Assembly (NCBI GenBank): GCA_963705165.1
Contig: CAVPJD010000024.1
Span: 128,001-192,000 of the forward strand
Direction: 5' to 3'
From: an uncultured delta proteobacterium
GTDB taxonomy: Bacteria; Desulfobacterota; Syntrophia; Syntrophales; UBA2192
Length of the DNA stretch: 64,000 nucleotides
Shown: positions 30,850 through 41,153 of the stretch, piece by piece
How positions within the stretch are numbered: the first letter of the stretch is position 1
Layout: each line of letters starts with the position of its first letter
Translations under genes and position numbers: made by a program
The notes under the pieces: generated by a model
Seen by the model: the letters and a program-made list of their open reading frames with translations, nothing else
Told to the model about the DNA's origin: nothing
The model's database searches: none

Positions 30850-32882
30850 AACCGAATAACCGATCATCGCTGAGGAAAGTCATCGTCAAGCGGGCCCGCC
30901 GGAGCCGTATCTTCCGCAAGATTTTTTCCGCCATGATCGTCCTGGGGCTCCTGGTGTTTCTCGGCGCGGCGGGATTCCTGGCCTACCTGGTCCATGAGTC
31001 GCCCAGCGTGGACGCCCTGAAGGACTACCGGCCCAGCACGACGACGCGGATCTACTCCGACAAGAACGAGCTCGTGGACTCCTTTTTCGCCGAGGACCGG
31101 CAGGTCGTCCCCATCGCCGAGGTCCCCGAGATGGTCATCAAGGCCTTCGTGGCCGGCGAGGACGCACGCTTCTTCCAGCACGAGGGGCTCGATCTGGTCG
31201 GCATCCTGCGGGCCTCCGTCAAGAACGTGATCGCCGGCGAAATCGTCCAGGGCGGCAGCACCATCACCCAGCAGGTGGCCCGCTCGCTCTACCTCTCGCC
31301 GGAGCGGACCTTCATCCGCAAGATCCGGGAGGCAATCCTCGCCTGGAAGATCGACCGCTACCTGAAAAAGCACGAGATCCTCGAGCTCTACCTCAACCAC
31401 ATCTACCTCGGCCACGGGGCCTACGGGATCGAGGCGGCCTCGCAGAGCTACTTCGGCAAGTCGACGCGGAGCCTGACGCTCTCCGAGGCGGCCATCCTGG
31501 CCGGCCTCCCCAAGGCGCCGAGCCGCTTCTCGCCCTACGTGAACATGGAGCGGGCACGCCAGCGGCAGGCTTACGTGCTCACCCGGATGCAGGAGGACGG
31601 CTACATCACGCAGGCCGACCGTGACAAGGCGCTGAAAGACCCCGTCAAGCTCATCTCGTCGAAGCCCCGGGAGAAGATCGCCCCCTACTTCACGGAGAAC
31701 GTCCGGCGCTACATCCTCGAGAAGTACGGCGCCGACGCCCTGTACCGGGAGGGTCTCGAGGTCTACACGACGATCAACGTGGAGATGCAGAAGGCCGCAA
31801 ACGATGCCGTGGAGCGGGGCCTCAAGGAGATGGAGACGCGGGAGAAGTTCCCGGCGGGGGAGCTCCAGGGAGCCCTTTTGTGCATGGACGTGCGCACCGG
31901 CGAGATCAAGGCCATGGTGGGGGGCCGGGACTACAAGAAGAGCGAGTTCAACCGGGCCACCCAGGCCAGGCGGAGGCCCGGGTCCTCTTTCAAGCCCTTC
32001 GTCTACACGGCCGCCTTCGACAAGGGAATGACGCCGGCCTCGGTCATCATCGACTCGCCCCTCATCTTCAACGACGCCGTGCGCGGCGAGTGGAAGCCCC
32101 AGAATTTCGAGCACAAGTTTTTCGGCCCCACGACGCTGCGAACGGCTCTGACCTTTTCACGCAACGTGGTCACCGTGAAGGTCCTCCAGGAGATCGGGCT
32201 GGCCTATGCCATCGACTACGCCCACAACATGGGGATCAACTCGCCCCTCACCCGCGACCTCACGCTCGCCCTGGGGACCTCGACGGTTACGCTCCAGGAG
32301 ATGATCCGCGGCTACGGTGTGCTGGCCAACAGCGGCAAGCGGGCGGAGCCCTATTTCATCCGCAAGATCGTGGACCGGCGCGGCCACGTCCTCGAGGAGC
32401 AGACGCCCCAGGTCGAACAGGCCATCGACCCCCGCATTGCCTTCCTCACCACGTCGGTGCTGCAGAACGTTATCCAGGAGGGAACGGGCGAGCGAGTGAA
32501 GGCCATCGGACGACCCGTGGCCGGCAAAACCGGGACGACGGACGACTATTTCGACGCCTGGTTCATCGGCTACTCGCCGTCGCTCGTGGCCGGCGTGTGG
32601 GTGGGATTCGACGCGGAAAAGACCATGGGACGCTCCGGCGTGGGCGGCCGGGCCGCGGCCCCCATCTGGCTCTACTTCATGGAGCAGGCCCTGGCGGGAA
32701 AGCCCGTGGAGGCATTCACGGCCCCCGAGGGCGTCGTCTTCGCCCGCATCGACCCCAAGACAGGCCTTCTGGCAGGCCCGGGGACGAAGGACTCCGTCTT
32801 CGAGAGCTTCCTGGAAGGCACGGCGCCGAAGGACTATGCGCCGGCCGCGGGCGAGGAGACCGGCGAAGGGGTCAAGCCCTAG
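30846..32882 (+). CDS. mrcA: Class A penicillin-binding protein 1A
   Basis: EDARFFQH, GGSTITQQ, RKIRE, SSFK, SRN, KTGT. Confidence 0.9.
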   Translation: MKPNNRSSLRKVIVKRARRSRIFRKIFSAMIVLGLLVFLGAAGFLAYLVHESPSVDALKDYRPSTTTRIYSDKNELVDSFFAEDRQVVPIAEVPEMVIKAFVAGEDARFFQHEGLDLVGILRASVKNVIAGEIVQGGSTITQQVARSLYLSPERTFIRKIREAILAWKIDRYLKKHEILELYLNHIYLGHGAYGIEAASQSYFGKSTRSLTLSEAAILAGLPKAPSRFSPYVNMERARQRQAYVLTRMQEDGYITQADRDKALKDPVKLISSKPREKIAPYFTENVRRYILEKYGADALYREGLEVYTTINVEMQKAANDAVERGLKEMETREKFPAGELQGALLCMDVRTGEIKAMVGGRDYKKSEFNRATQARRRPGSSFKPFVYTAAFDKGMTPASVIIDSPLIFNDAVRGEWKPQNFEHKFFGPTTLRTALTFSRNVVTVKVLQEIGLAYAIDYAHNMGINSPLTRDLTLALGTSTVTLQEMIRGYGVLANSGKRAEPYFIRKIVDRRGHVLEEQTPQVEQAIDPRIAFLTTSVLQNVIQEGTGERVKAIGRPVAGKTGTTDDYFDAWFIGYSPSLVAGVWVGFDAEKTMGRSGVGGRAAAPIWLYFMEQALAGKPVEAFTAPEGVVFARIDPKTGLLAGPGTKDSVFESFLEGTAPKDYAPAAGEETGEGVKP

Positions 32883-32893
32883 GGCGACCCCTT

Positions 32894-33014
32894 CCTTGAT
32901 CTTCCTCTCCCTACGGAGACCTTTTCCTCTGTTCTCCTCCCCTGGTGGGAGGAGGAAGTGGAGGAGGGGGAATGATCCTGTTCCTTTTCCGGGAAAGGAT
33001 TGAGGTGAGGGTGA
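32894..33014. repeat. Interrupted copy of the 49-bp palindromic repeat
   Basis: CCTTGATCTTCCTCTCCCT...AGGATTGAGGTGAGGGTGA halves separated by an inserted hairpin-rich segment. Confidence 0.6.
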
Positions 33015-33078
33015 GTGATGTCCTTCCTTTTAAATGCCGGCCTCGGGAATCGGGTTTCAGGATCAGCAGAAAAAAGAC

Positions 33079-33107
33079 TTGACAACTGAGTGGTTTTATT
33101 GCATAAG
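33079..33107 (+). promoter_or_regulatory. Sigma70 promoter of the ilv operon
   Basis: TTGACA-17 nt-CATAAG. Confidence 0.6.
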
Positions 33108-33137
33108 GGGCTTCGTTTTTACAACCGGAGAGGATTC

Positions 33138-33215
33138 ATGATCCGTCAGATTATCACGAGCATGCTAGTCGTCGTTGTCGTCGTACAGGCGGGGACCGCA
33201 GCTCGGACTCTCTGA
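33138..33215 (+). CDS. ilv operon leader (attenuator) peptide
   Basis: MIRQIITSMLVVVVVVQAGTAARTL with six consecutive Val codons; GGAGAGGA RBS. Confidence 0.85.
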   Translation: MIRQIITSMLVVVVVVQAGTAARTL

Positions 33216-33234
33216 TGGAAACATAGAGCAAAAC

Positions 33235-33269
33235 GAGCCGCGGCCCCCGAAAGACCGCGGCTTTTTCTT
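33235..33269 (+). terminator. Attenuator terminator of the ilv leader
   Basis: GAGCCGCGG...CCGCGGCTT stem with a T tract; a second hairpin plus T tract lies at 33274-33309. Confidence 0.8.
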
Positions 33270-33360
33270 GTCGGAAAGCCGCAACGGAAAAACGTTCGCG
33301 GCTTTTTTCATCACCTTTATTCATTATGATTCATCATCGGAGGAGGTAGTCCCTGTGAAA

Positions 33361-35064
33361 ATGAAAGGAACCCAGGTTTTGATCGAGTGCCTGAAGGCAG
33401 AGGGAGTGGACGTCATGTTCGGATACCCGGGCGGTTCCGTCATCGACATCTATGACGAGCTGTACCGCAGCAAATTCAAGCACATCCTTGTCCGCCACGA
33501 GCAGGCGGCCGTGCACGCCGCCGACGGCTACGCCCGCGCAACGGGAAAGGTCGGTGTGGCCTTGGCCACCTCCGGCCCAGGGGCCACGAACACCGTGACG
33601 GGGATCGCCACGGCCAACATGGACTCCATCCCCATCGTCGTCTTCACGGGGCAGGTCCCCACGCACCTCATCGGCAACGACGCCTTCCAGGAGTGCGACA
33701 TTACCGGCATCACACGCCCCTGCACCAAGCACAACTATCTCGTCCGCAATCCCGACGAGCTCGCGAACACCATCCACGAGGCCTTCCACATCGCCCGCTC
33801 GGGCCGTCCCGGGCCGGTGCTTATCGATCTGCCGAAAAACGTCATCGCCGCGGAGGTCGATTACGATCCCGCGAAGATCAAGATCAACGCCACGAAGCTC
33901 TCCTTGCCGCCCAAGCAGTCCTCCAAGAAATACGTCCAGCTCCTGGAGATGCTGAGGGCCTCGAAACGGCCCATGCTGATCACCGGAGGAGGCATCCTGC
34001 TGGGCAAGGCATCAGATGAGCTGCGGGCCTTCGCCCGAAGGGCCAAGCTCCCGGTCACGTCGACCCTCATGGGCCTCGGCGGCTTCCCGGGCTCGGACCC
34101 GCTCTTTCTCGGCATGCCGGGAATGCACGGCACCTATTTCGCCAACATGGCCATCAGCCACTGCGACCTGCTTATCTGCATCGGGGCCCGCTTTGACGAC
34201 CGCGTGACGGGCAAGATCGACACCTTTGCAGCAAACGCCCAGGTCATCCACATCGACGTGGACCCCTCTTCGATCAACAAGAACATCGTCGTGGACCTGC
34301 CCATCGTCAGCGACGCGAAGAGCGCCCTCGAAAACATCAACCGCCTCCTCAAGGACAGCAACTACACGGCGAGCGATGCGGAGCGCAAGGACTGGCTCGA
34401 TCTGATCGAGTCCTGGAAGAAAAAGGCCCCCCTCAGTTATTGCCAGGACGGCAAGATTATCAAGCCCCAGTGCGTCATCGAGACGCTCTACGAGGTGACG
34501 AAGGGCAAGGCCATCATCACCACCGAGGTAGGCCAGAACCAGATGTGGGCCGCCCAGTTCTACAAGTACGACGACCCCAACACGTTCATCTCCTCGGGCG
34601 GCCTCGGGACGATGGGGTACGGCTTCCCGGCGGCCATCGGCGTGAAGCTTGCCTTCCCCGACCGGATCGTCGTGGACGTCGCCGGCGACGGAAGCATCCA
34701 GATGAACATCCAGGAGATGGCCACGGCCATGCAGTACAACATCCCCGTGAAGATCGTGCTGCTCAACAACAGCTACCTCGGCATGGTCCGCCAGTGGCAG
34801 GAGCTCTTCTACGAGAAGCGCTACTCCAACACGGACATGACCTTCCAGCCCGATTTTGTGAAGGTGGCCGAGGCCTACGGCTGGCAGGCTCTGCGGGCCA
34901 CAAAACCCGACGAGATCCGGTCCGTTCTCGAGAAGGGACTCTTCAGCGACAGGCCCTGCCTCATGGACTTCCAGGTGGCCCGCGAGGAGTGCGTCTATCC
35001 CATGGTGAGGCCGGGGGCCTGCATCAGCGAGATGACGCTGGGAACGAGGGAGATGACGAACTAG
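33361..35064 (+). CDS. ilvB: Acetolactate synthase large subunit
   Basis: FGYPGG, RHEQ, TSGPGATN, GDGSIQMN; the start may be GTG 33355. Confidence 0.96.
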   Translation: MKGTQVLIECLKAEGVDVMFGYPGGSVIDIYDELYRSKFKHILVRHEQAAVHAADGYARATGKVGVALATSGPGATNTVTGIATANMDSIPIVVFTGQVPTHLIGNDAFQECDITGITRPCTKHNYLVRNPDELANTIHEAFHIARSGRPGPVLIDLPKNVIAAEVDYDPAKIKINATKLSLPPKQSSKKYVQLLEMLRASKRPMLITGGGILLGKASDELRAFARRAKLPVTSTLMGLGGFPGSDPLFLGMPGMHGTYFANMAISHCDLLICIGARFDDRVTGKIDTFAANAQVIHIDVDPSSINKNIVVDLPIVSDAKSALENINRLLKDSNYTASDAERKDWLDLIESWKKKAPLSYCQDGKIIKPQCVIETLYEVTKGKAIITTEVGQNQMWAAQFYKYDDPNTFISSGGLGTMGYGFPAAIGVKLAFPDRIVVDVAGDGSIQMNIQEMATAMQYNIPVKIVLLNNSYLGMVRQWQELFYEKRYSNTDMTFQPDFVKVAEAYGWQALRATKPDEIRSVLEKGLFSDRPCLMDFQVAREECVYPMVRPGACISEMTLGTREMTN

Positions 35065-35159
35065 GGCCGAAGGCCCTGGCATAGGGCTTAAGGCTAAAGG
35101 CTTACGGCAGAACGAATCCGGGTTCCTGCCCTTACGCCATAAGCCTTAAGCCATTCGCC
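35065..35159. repeat. Inverted pair of degenerate heptamer arrays
   Basis: GGCATAGGGCTTAAGGCTAAAGGCTTACGGC / GCCCTTACGCCATAAGCCTTAAGCCATTCGCC. Confidence 0.7.
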
Positions 35160-35251
35160 GGAACCATTTGGCAACGAACAAAAGGCCCGGTCACACGTTT
35201 TCATCCGTCGATGGCCGGACGAATATCTCAAGCAATGAAAGGCGCGGAAAC

Positions 35252-35737
35252 ATGGACAAGAAAGAAAACGTCATATCCATTCTCGTCAACAACAAGCCTG
35301 ACGTCCTGGCTCGCGTGGCGGGAACCCTCGGCGGCAAGGGGTATAACATCGAGACGCTCTGCGTGGACGTCACGATCAACCCCGACGTCTCCAAGATCAT
35401 CCTCACCACGATCGGAACGAAGGCAACGGTGCAGAAGATTGAAGCGCAGCTCGCGCGGCTCATCGACGTCATCAAGGTGGAGAACCTCACCGACGTGGAG
35501 ACGGTCAAGCGGGAGCTGGTGCTGATCCGGATGAGCCTCACGGCGGACAGCAAGAGCGAACTGATCCGGAAGATCAACCAGCTCAACTGCAAGATCCTGA
35601 CCTTCAACTCCGATCACTGCGTCCTGGAGTACAGGGGGAGCAAGGCCGAGGTTGACAAGGTCCTGGAGACCTTGAAGCCTCTCGGGATCGACGACATCGC
35701 CCGCACGGGCATCGCCGCACTGGAACGCAAGAACTGA
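35252..35737 (+). CDS. ilvN: Acetolactate synthase small subunit
   Basis: ACT domain NKPDVLARVAG..GYNIETL; position in the operon. Confidence 0.9.
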   Translation: MDKKENVISILVNNKPDVLARVAGTLGGKGYNIETLCVDVTINPDVSKIILTTIGTKATVQKIEAQLARLIDVIKVENLTDVETVKRELVLIRMSLTADSKSELIRKINQLNCKILTFNSDHCVLEYRGSKAEVDKVLETLKPLGIDDIARTGIAALERKN

Positions 35738-35740
35738 AAA

Positions 35741-35913
35741 CCAGTGGCTAGTGGTTAGTGGCTTGTGTTTTGTGACGGAAAAAAAGCAGGGGGATATTTG
35801 TCTTTTTTTTCGGGCTTGAATTCCGGGCCGCTTTCAACCGCCGTTCAATGGAACGGTCGGTCACTGACGCAAAACTCCCGTCACTAAACACTAGACACGA
35901 ACCACTAACCACA
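35741..35913. repeat. Inverted pair of degenerate heptamer arrays
   Basis: AGTGGCTAGTGGTTAGTGGCTTGTG / CACTAAACACTAGACACGAACCACTAACCAC. Confidence 0.65.
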
Positions 35914-35931
35914 AAGCAAGAAGGAGGAACC

Positions 35932-36975
35932 ATGTCAAAGCTCAACATCGGCGGGGTGGTCGAAGAAGTCATCACCTCTGAGGAGTTTACCCTGGAGAAG
36001 GCCCGCAAGGTTCTCAAGGATGAGGTTGTGGCCATCATCGGCTACGGCGTGCAGGGGCGCGGCCAGGCCCTGAACCTGCGTGACAACGGGATCAATGTCA
36101 TCGTCGGCGAGGAGTACAACACGAAAAAGGCCATCGAAGAAGGGTGGGTCCCCGGCAAGAACCTCTTCCCGCTCATGGAGGCCGCCACGCGGGGCACGAT
36201 CCTCCAGTACCTCATGTCCGACGCCCAGCAGAAGTCCATGTGGCCCGAGCTGAAGCCGACCCTGACAAAAGGCAAGGCCCTCTACTTCTCCCACGGGTTC
36301 TCCATCGTTTACAAAGAGCAGACGGGCGTGATCCCGCCTGCCGATATCGACGTCATCCTGGTGGCCCCCAAGGGCGCCGGGCGGACGGTAAGGGACAATT
36401 ACCTGGCCGGCAGCGGCATCAACTCGAGCTACGCCGTATTCCAGGACGCCACGGGACGGGCCCTCGAAAGGACTCTCGCCGTGGGCGTGGCCATCGGGTC
36501 CGGCTATCTCTTCCCGACGACCTTCCAGCACGAAGTGTGGAGCGACCTGACGGGCGAGCGCGGCGTGCTGATGGGGTGCCTGGCCGGTGTGCTCGAGGCC
36601 CAGTACAACGAGCTGCGCAAGCAGGGCCACAGCCCCAGCGAGGCCTTCAACGAGACCGTGGAAGAGCTCACCCAGAGTCTCATGCCGCTGGTCGCCCAGA
36701 ACGGGATGGACTGGATGTATGCCAACTGCAGCACCACGGCCCAGCGCGGGGCCCTGGACTGGAAGGACCGCTTCCGCGATGCCGTGGCCCCCGTCTTCAG
36801 CGAACTCTACGATCGCGTGAAGACCGGCAAGGAGACGGAGATCGTTCTGAGAGTCAACAGCGCACCCGATTATCGGGAGAAGCTGGAAAAGGAGCTTGCC
36901 ACCATTCGCAACTCCGAGATGTGGCAGGCCGGCGCCGTGGTGCGCTCCCTGAGGCCGGAGCGACGTAAAAAATAG
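35932..36975 (+). CDS. ilvC: Ketol-acid reductoisomerase (Bacteroidetes/fungal Ilv5-like type)
   Basis: [41 protein letters not shown]. Confidence 0.95.
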   Translation: MSKLNIGGVVEEVITSEEFTLEKARKVLKDEVVAIIGYGVQGRGQALNLRDNGINVIVGEEYNTKKAIEEGWVPGKNLFPLMEAATRGTILQYLMSDAQQKSMWPELKPTLTKGKALYFSHGFSIVYKEQTGVIPPADIDVILVAPKGAGRTVRDNYLAGSGINSSYAVFQDATGRALERTLAVGVAIGSGYLFPTTFQHEVWSDLTGERGVLMGCLAGVLEAQYNELRKQGHSPSEAFNETVEELTQSLMPLVAQNGMDWMYANCSTTAQRGALDWKDRFRDAVAPVFSELYDRVKTGKETEIVLRVNSAPDYREKLEKELATIRNSEMWQAGAVVRSLRPERRKK

Positions 36976-37141
36976 AAGTGAGGAAGAGAAGAAGAGCGGA
37001 AGAGCGGAAAAGACAGAGGGAGGCCTTGTCTCTTTGTCCGCTCTTCCGATGTTCGTGAACGCAGGGGGGGAAGAAAATCGTTCTTCCTCCCTTCCTCTTT
37101 ATGGTAGAATCGCGAACCAGCACACACAAAGGGAGGGAAAC

Positions 37142-38809
37142 ATGCGAAGCGACCTGATGAAAAAAGGCGTTGAGAGGGCTCCCCACCGGTCTCTCTTCAA
37201 GGCCATGGGTTACACCGACGAGGAGATCGCACGCCCCCTGATCGGGGTCGTCAACTCCTACAATGAGATCATCCCGGGGCACATCCACCTGCGCACCATC
37301 ACCGAGCATGTGAAGGCGGGCATCCGCATGGCAGGCGGCACCCCCGTGGAGTTCCCCGCCATCGGGGTTTGCGACGGGATCGCCATGGGGCACGTCGGGA
37401 TGAAGTACTCGCTGGCGAGCCGCGAGCTCATTGCCGACTCCGTCGAGGTCATGACCATGGGGCACCCCTTCGACGCCCTCGTTCTCATCCCCAACTGCGA
37501 CAAGATCATCCCGGGGATGCTCATGGCGGCCCTGAGGCTCAACATCCCCTCCATCTTCATCAGCGGCGGGCCCATGCTCGCCGGAAAGCTCCGCGGCAAA
37601 CCGATCGACCTCATCACCGTCTTCGAGGGCGTGGGAGCCGTCAAGTCGGGCAAGATGACCGCAAGGCAGCTCAAGGAGATCGAGGACTGCGCCTGCCCGG
37701 GTTGCGGGTCCTGCTCCGGCATGTACACGGCCAACACGATGAACTGCATGACCGAGGCGCTCGGGCTGGGGTTGCCCGGCAACGGGACCGTCCTGGCCGT
37801 CGATTCCGCACGGATGCGCCTGGCCAAAGAGGCCGGCATGAAAATCATGGAGCTGCTGAAGAAGAACATCCGGCCCCGCGACATCGCAACGCTTGCGGCC
37901 TTCAAGAACGCCATCGCCGTGGACATGGCACTGGGCGGCTCCACGAACACGGTCCTTCACCTGCCGGCCATCGCCCACGAGGCGGGCATCCGGCTCGATC
38001 TGGAGCTCTTCAACCATATCGGCGCGAAGACCCCCAACCTTTGCAAGCTCAGCCCCGCAGGGGCCCATCACATCGAGGACCTCGATACGGCAGGCGGCGT
38101 CCAGGCCGTGATGAAAGAGATCAGCAAGCTCGGCGTGATCGACCAAAAGGCATTGACCGTTTCCGGCACCACGGTGGCAAAAAACCTCAAGGAGACCCGC
38201 GTCTACGACTACTCGGTGATCCGCCCCGTGAAAGACCCCTACAGCCCTGACGGCGGTCTGGCCATTCTCAAGGGCAATCTCGCCCCCGAGGGCGGTGTCG
38301 TGAAGCGATCCGGCGTGGCCCCGAGCATGATGGTCAACGAGGGCCGCGCCCGCGTCTTCGACAGCGAGGATGACGCCATCGCGGCCATCCTGGGCGGGAA
38401 GATCAAGCCGGGCGACGTCATCGTCATCCGCTACGAGGGCCCCAAGGGCGGCCCCGGGATGCGCGAGATGCTCGCCCCCACGTCGGCGCTGGCCGGCATG
38501 GGCCTGGCCGAGTCGGTGGCGCTCTTGACCGACGGGCGCTTCAGCGGCGGCTCCCGCGGCGCGGCAATCGGGCACATCTCGCCCGAGGCGGCCGAGGGCG
38601 GCCCGATTGCCTTCGTCAAGGAAGGTGACCGGATCGCAATCGACATCCCGAAGCGCAAGATCACCCTCCTGGTGAGCGTCGAGGAGCTGAAGCGACGCAA
38701 AAAGGCCTGGAAGCCCCCGAAGCCGAAGATCCAGTCGGGCTACCTCTCCCGGTACGCAAGCCTCGTCACCTCCGGGAGCACGGGCGCCATTTTGAAAGAC
38801 AGGGTTTGA
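37142..38809 (+). CDS. ilvD: Dihydroxy-acid dehydratase
   Basis: [32 protein letters not shown]. Confidence 0.97.
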   Translation: MRSDLMKKGVERAPHRSLFKAMGYTDEEIARPLIGVVNSYNEIIPGHIHLRTITEHVKAGIRMAGGTPVEFPAIGVCDGIAMGHVGMKYSLASRELIADSVEVMTMGHPFDALVLIPNCDKIIPGMLMAALRLNIPSIFISGGPMLAGKLRGKPIDLITVFEGVGAVKSGKMTARQLKEIEDCACPGCGSCSGMYTANTMNCMTEALGLGLPGNGTVLAVDSARMRLAKEAGMKIMELLKKNIRPRDIATLAAFKNAIAVDMALGGSTNTVLHLPAIAHEAGIRLDLELFNHIGAKTPNLCKLSPAGAHHIEDLDTAGGVQAVMKEISKLGVIDQKALTVSGTTVAKNLKETRVYDYSVIRPVKDPYSPDGGLAILKGNLAPEGGVVKRSGVAPSMMVNEGRARVFDSEDDAIAAILGGKIKPGDVIVIRYEGPKGGPGMREMLAPTSALAGMGLAESVALLTDGRFSGGSRGAAIGHISPEAAEGGPIAFVKEGDRIAIDIPKRKITLLVSVEELKRRKKAWKPPKPKIQSGYLSRYASLVTSGSTGAILKDRV

Positions 38810-38879
38810 CGAACAGAATGGGGGGCCGATGAGGCGCCCCTTCCTGTTTTTCTGCCACATTCACCGTATCAGCGATCAC

Positions 38880-38984
38880 GAAGTCAGGAAGTTAAGAAGT
38901 GAGGAAGAGCGGATAAAAAACCGGATTATTCACCATTTTATTCTCCGTATTCCGCGCTTCCGCTCTTCCTAACTTCCGCTCTTC
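38880..38984. repeat. Inverted pair of degenerate octamer arrays (GGAAGNNA type)
   Basis: GAAGTCAGGAAGTTAAGAAGTGAGGAAGAGCGG / TTCCGCGCTTCCGCTCTTCCTAACTTCCGCTCTTC. Confidence 0.7.
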
Positions 38985-38995
38985 GGTACTTGATT

Positions 38996-39805
38996 ATGGT
39001 CTCATCGGCTCTCAGGCTCACGGCCTTCTCCATCACGGGGGTGATTGCCTTGATGTTCTTCCTGCAATCTCACCTTGTCTACTTCCCGGATGGCCAGATC
39101 ATCGACACGCCGGCTGACAGGGGCATGGCCTACGAGGAGATTTCCTTCGAAGCCGCCGACGGCGTGCAGCTTTCGGCCTGGTACGTGCCGGCAGAGGCGG
39201 GCCGCGGGGTTGTCCTTTTCAGCCACGGAAACGGCGGGAACATCTCCTACAACCTCCCTTTCGTCGAGATCCTCCACCGCGTGGGCCTCTCCATCTTCAT
39301 CTACGATTATCGAGGCTACGGCCGGAGCAAAGGCAAGCCCTCCGAGGAAGGAACCTACAGCGACATCGCGGGGGCCTGGCGATACCTGACGGAGGGCCGG
39401 AAGGTCCCCGCCGGGCAGATCCTGCTCTACGGGCAGTCCCTCGGCGGCCCCATCGCCGCGAAGTTAGCCCGCGAGAAAAGCCCGGCGGCACTCGTCCTCG
39501 ATTCCACCTTCACGAGCTTCATCGACATCGCGGGCCACCACTATCCCATCCTCCCCGTTCGGTGGCTGGCGCGCTTCGAGTACAACACGATCGAGCACGT
39601 CCGCAATATCCGGTGCCCCGTTTTGGTCATTCACAGCTCCGATGACGAGATCGTGCCGTTCAAGCAGGGCGTGGCGCTTTACGAGGCGGCACAGGAACCG
39701 AAGGCTTTCGTCAAGCTCCGGGGCGGGCACAACGACGCCCTGTACCTCTCGGCCGTGCAATACCGGGAGGGGATCGACGGGTTCCTGAAAAAAATCGGAC
39801 GTTAG
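38996..39805 (+). CDS. Alpha/beta hydrolase
   Basis: HGNGGN, DYRGYG, GQSLGG, D..H catalytic triad. Confidence 0.9.
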   Translation: MVSSALRLTAFSITGVIALMFFLQSHLVYFPDGQIIDTPADRGMAYEEISFEAADGVQLSAWYVPAEAGRGVVLFSHGNGGNISYNLPFVEILHRVGLSIFIYDYRGYGRSKGKPSEEGTYSDIAGAWRYLTEGRKVPAGQILLYGQSLGGPIAAKLAREKSPAALVLDSTFTSFIDIAGHHYPILPVRWLARFEYNTIEHVRNIRCPVLVIHSSDDEIVPFKQGVALYEAAQEPKAFVKLRGGHNDALYLSAVQYREGIDGFLKKIGR

Positions 39806-39848
39806 GCGACATGGAGAAGGCGGCATTTTTCCTGCATGACCATCCGAC

Positions 39849-40481
39849 ATGCAGGTCACGCCGCAACGCATCGTCAGGGCTGCCGGGAACCGCGCCGAGG
39901 TTGCCTTCCGGTTTCTGCTGCGCCTGTTTCTCCCCTTCGACCCGTGGCATCGCCTGCCGCTTGCCGCAAAGGATTATGCCGTCGGCATCATCGAACACCT
40001 GAATTCCCTTCCTCGAAATCGGCGTGGGCGAGCGGCGGACATCGGCTGTGGCCTCGGGGACATCCTTCTCAATCTTCGTTTCGAGGATCGCCTGGGTCTC
40101 GACAATGACCCGGCCGTTCTCAGAGGCGCCGAGATTATTCGCAAGACTCACCTCAGGGGCAAGGCCCGTTTTACTGTTTGCTCGTTTCCCGAAGTTCAGC
40201 TGGATGGCGGCTTCGACGCCATGATCATGGTCAACTGGCCCCATGCCTTTCCACCGGATCCGTTAAAAAACGGCATCTCTCGCATTTTCCGGGACAACCT
40301 GAACGACGGCGGCTGTCTCATCATCGACACGGTTTCAAAAAACGGCTACCCCTACCGCCATTCGGCGGATTTTCTGCTCGGCGACCTGGGTGGGGTCGTG
40401 AAGCAAATCGGCGACTATCCCTGCGGGCGCAGAGTGTGGAAGGCAACTAAAGGACTGGAAGTGAGGAAGATCGGAAGTTAG
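39849..40481 (+). CDS. Class I SAM-dependent methyltransferase
   Basis: ADIGCGLG motif I. Confidence 0.7.
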   Translation: MQVTPQRIVRAAGNRAEVAFRFLLRLFLPFDPWHRLPLAAKDYAVGIIEHLNSLPRNRRGRAADIGCGLGDILLNLRFEDRLGLDNDPAVLRGAEIIRKTHLRGKARFTVCSFPEVQLDGGFDAMIMVNWPHAFPPDPLKNGISRIFRDNLNDGGCLIIDTVSKNGYPYRHSADFLLGDLGGVVKQIGDYPCGRRVWKATKGLEVRKIGS

Positions 40482-40607
40482 GAAGAGAGGAGCCATTTGG
40501 AATTATTCCTAACTTCCTGGCTTCCTAACTTCGTAGCTTAATGAACAACAGGGCGTTTGCCGCGGCATGCGCAGGGAAGCCAAAAGAAAACGAAGCCGTG
40601 CGACCAG

Positions 40608-40946
40608 CTACCGCGTGGGCCCGTTCATCTCCATCCGTTCCCACCAGGCTTTGCGCTCCCAGATATTGCGCAGGCCTATTTCGTGCTGGACATCCTTCAT
40701 CCGCTGCCTGAGGTCTCCGAGGTAAACTTCCCGGGACACGCCCCCCGGGGCCGCGCCACCCGCCCCGACGCGAACCATCTCATCTTCCAGCCGGTCCTGG
40801 TAGCGGATCAGTTCAACCTTTGACATGAGCTTGTAATCGGCCGCAAGAACCCCTTCCGGATACGTGCGCTTCGGCTCGGCACACCCCGGCACCAGGCAGA
40901 CGGTTGTCAGGCACAACAACAAAATGAGTGTCGCTAGCTTCGGCAC
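40608..40946 (-). CDS. Hypothetical lipoprotein
   Basis: Hydrophobic leader ending VPGC, then a soluble helical region. Confidence 0.6.
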   Translation of the reverse strand: MPKLATLILLLCLTTVCLVPGCAEPKRTYPEGVLAADYKLMSKVELIRYQDRLEDEMVRVGAGGAAPGGVSREVYLGDLRQRMKDVQHEIGLRNIWERKAWWERMEMNGPTR

Positions 40947-41153
40947 GGCCCTGATCCACGATGAAATGTGTCCCTGGCGAAACCTTAATACTCTTTCCCT
41001 CTACTTTCAAGGGCTCCTGTCAGCGCGGGGGCGCTATTTTCATGCCCTGCGGAAAGAAAACCGCTGGCAGCCTCCCGAGAAAAAGTGTAGATTACGGAAA
41101 GCTTTTTCGGATCCATCTGTCCCACATGCAGAACCGCCGGAGAGGTCACAGAC

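Noticed and set aside
35840..35880. c-di-GMP-I riboswitch (GACGCAAAAC motif) upstream of ilvC
   Set aside because: No upstream GGCAAACC/GAAA P1-P2 elements
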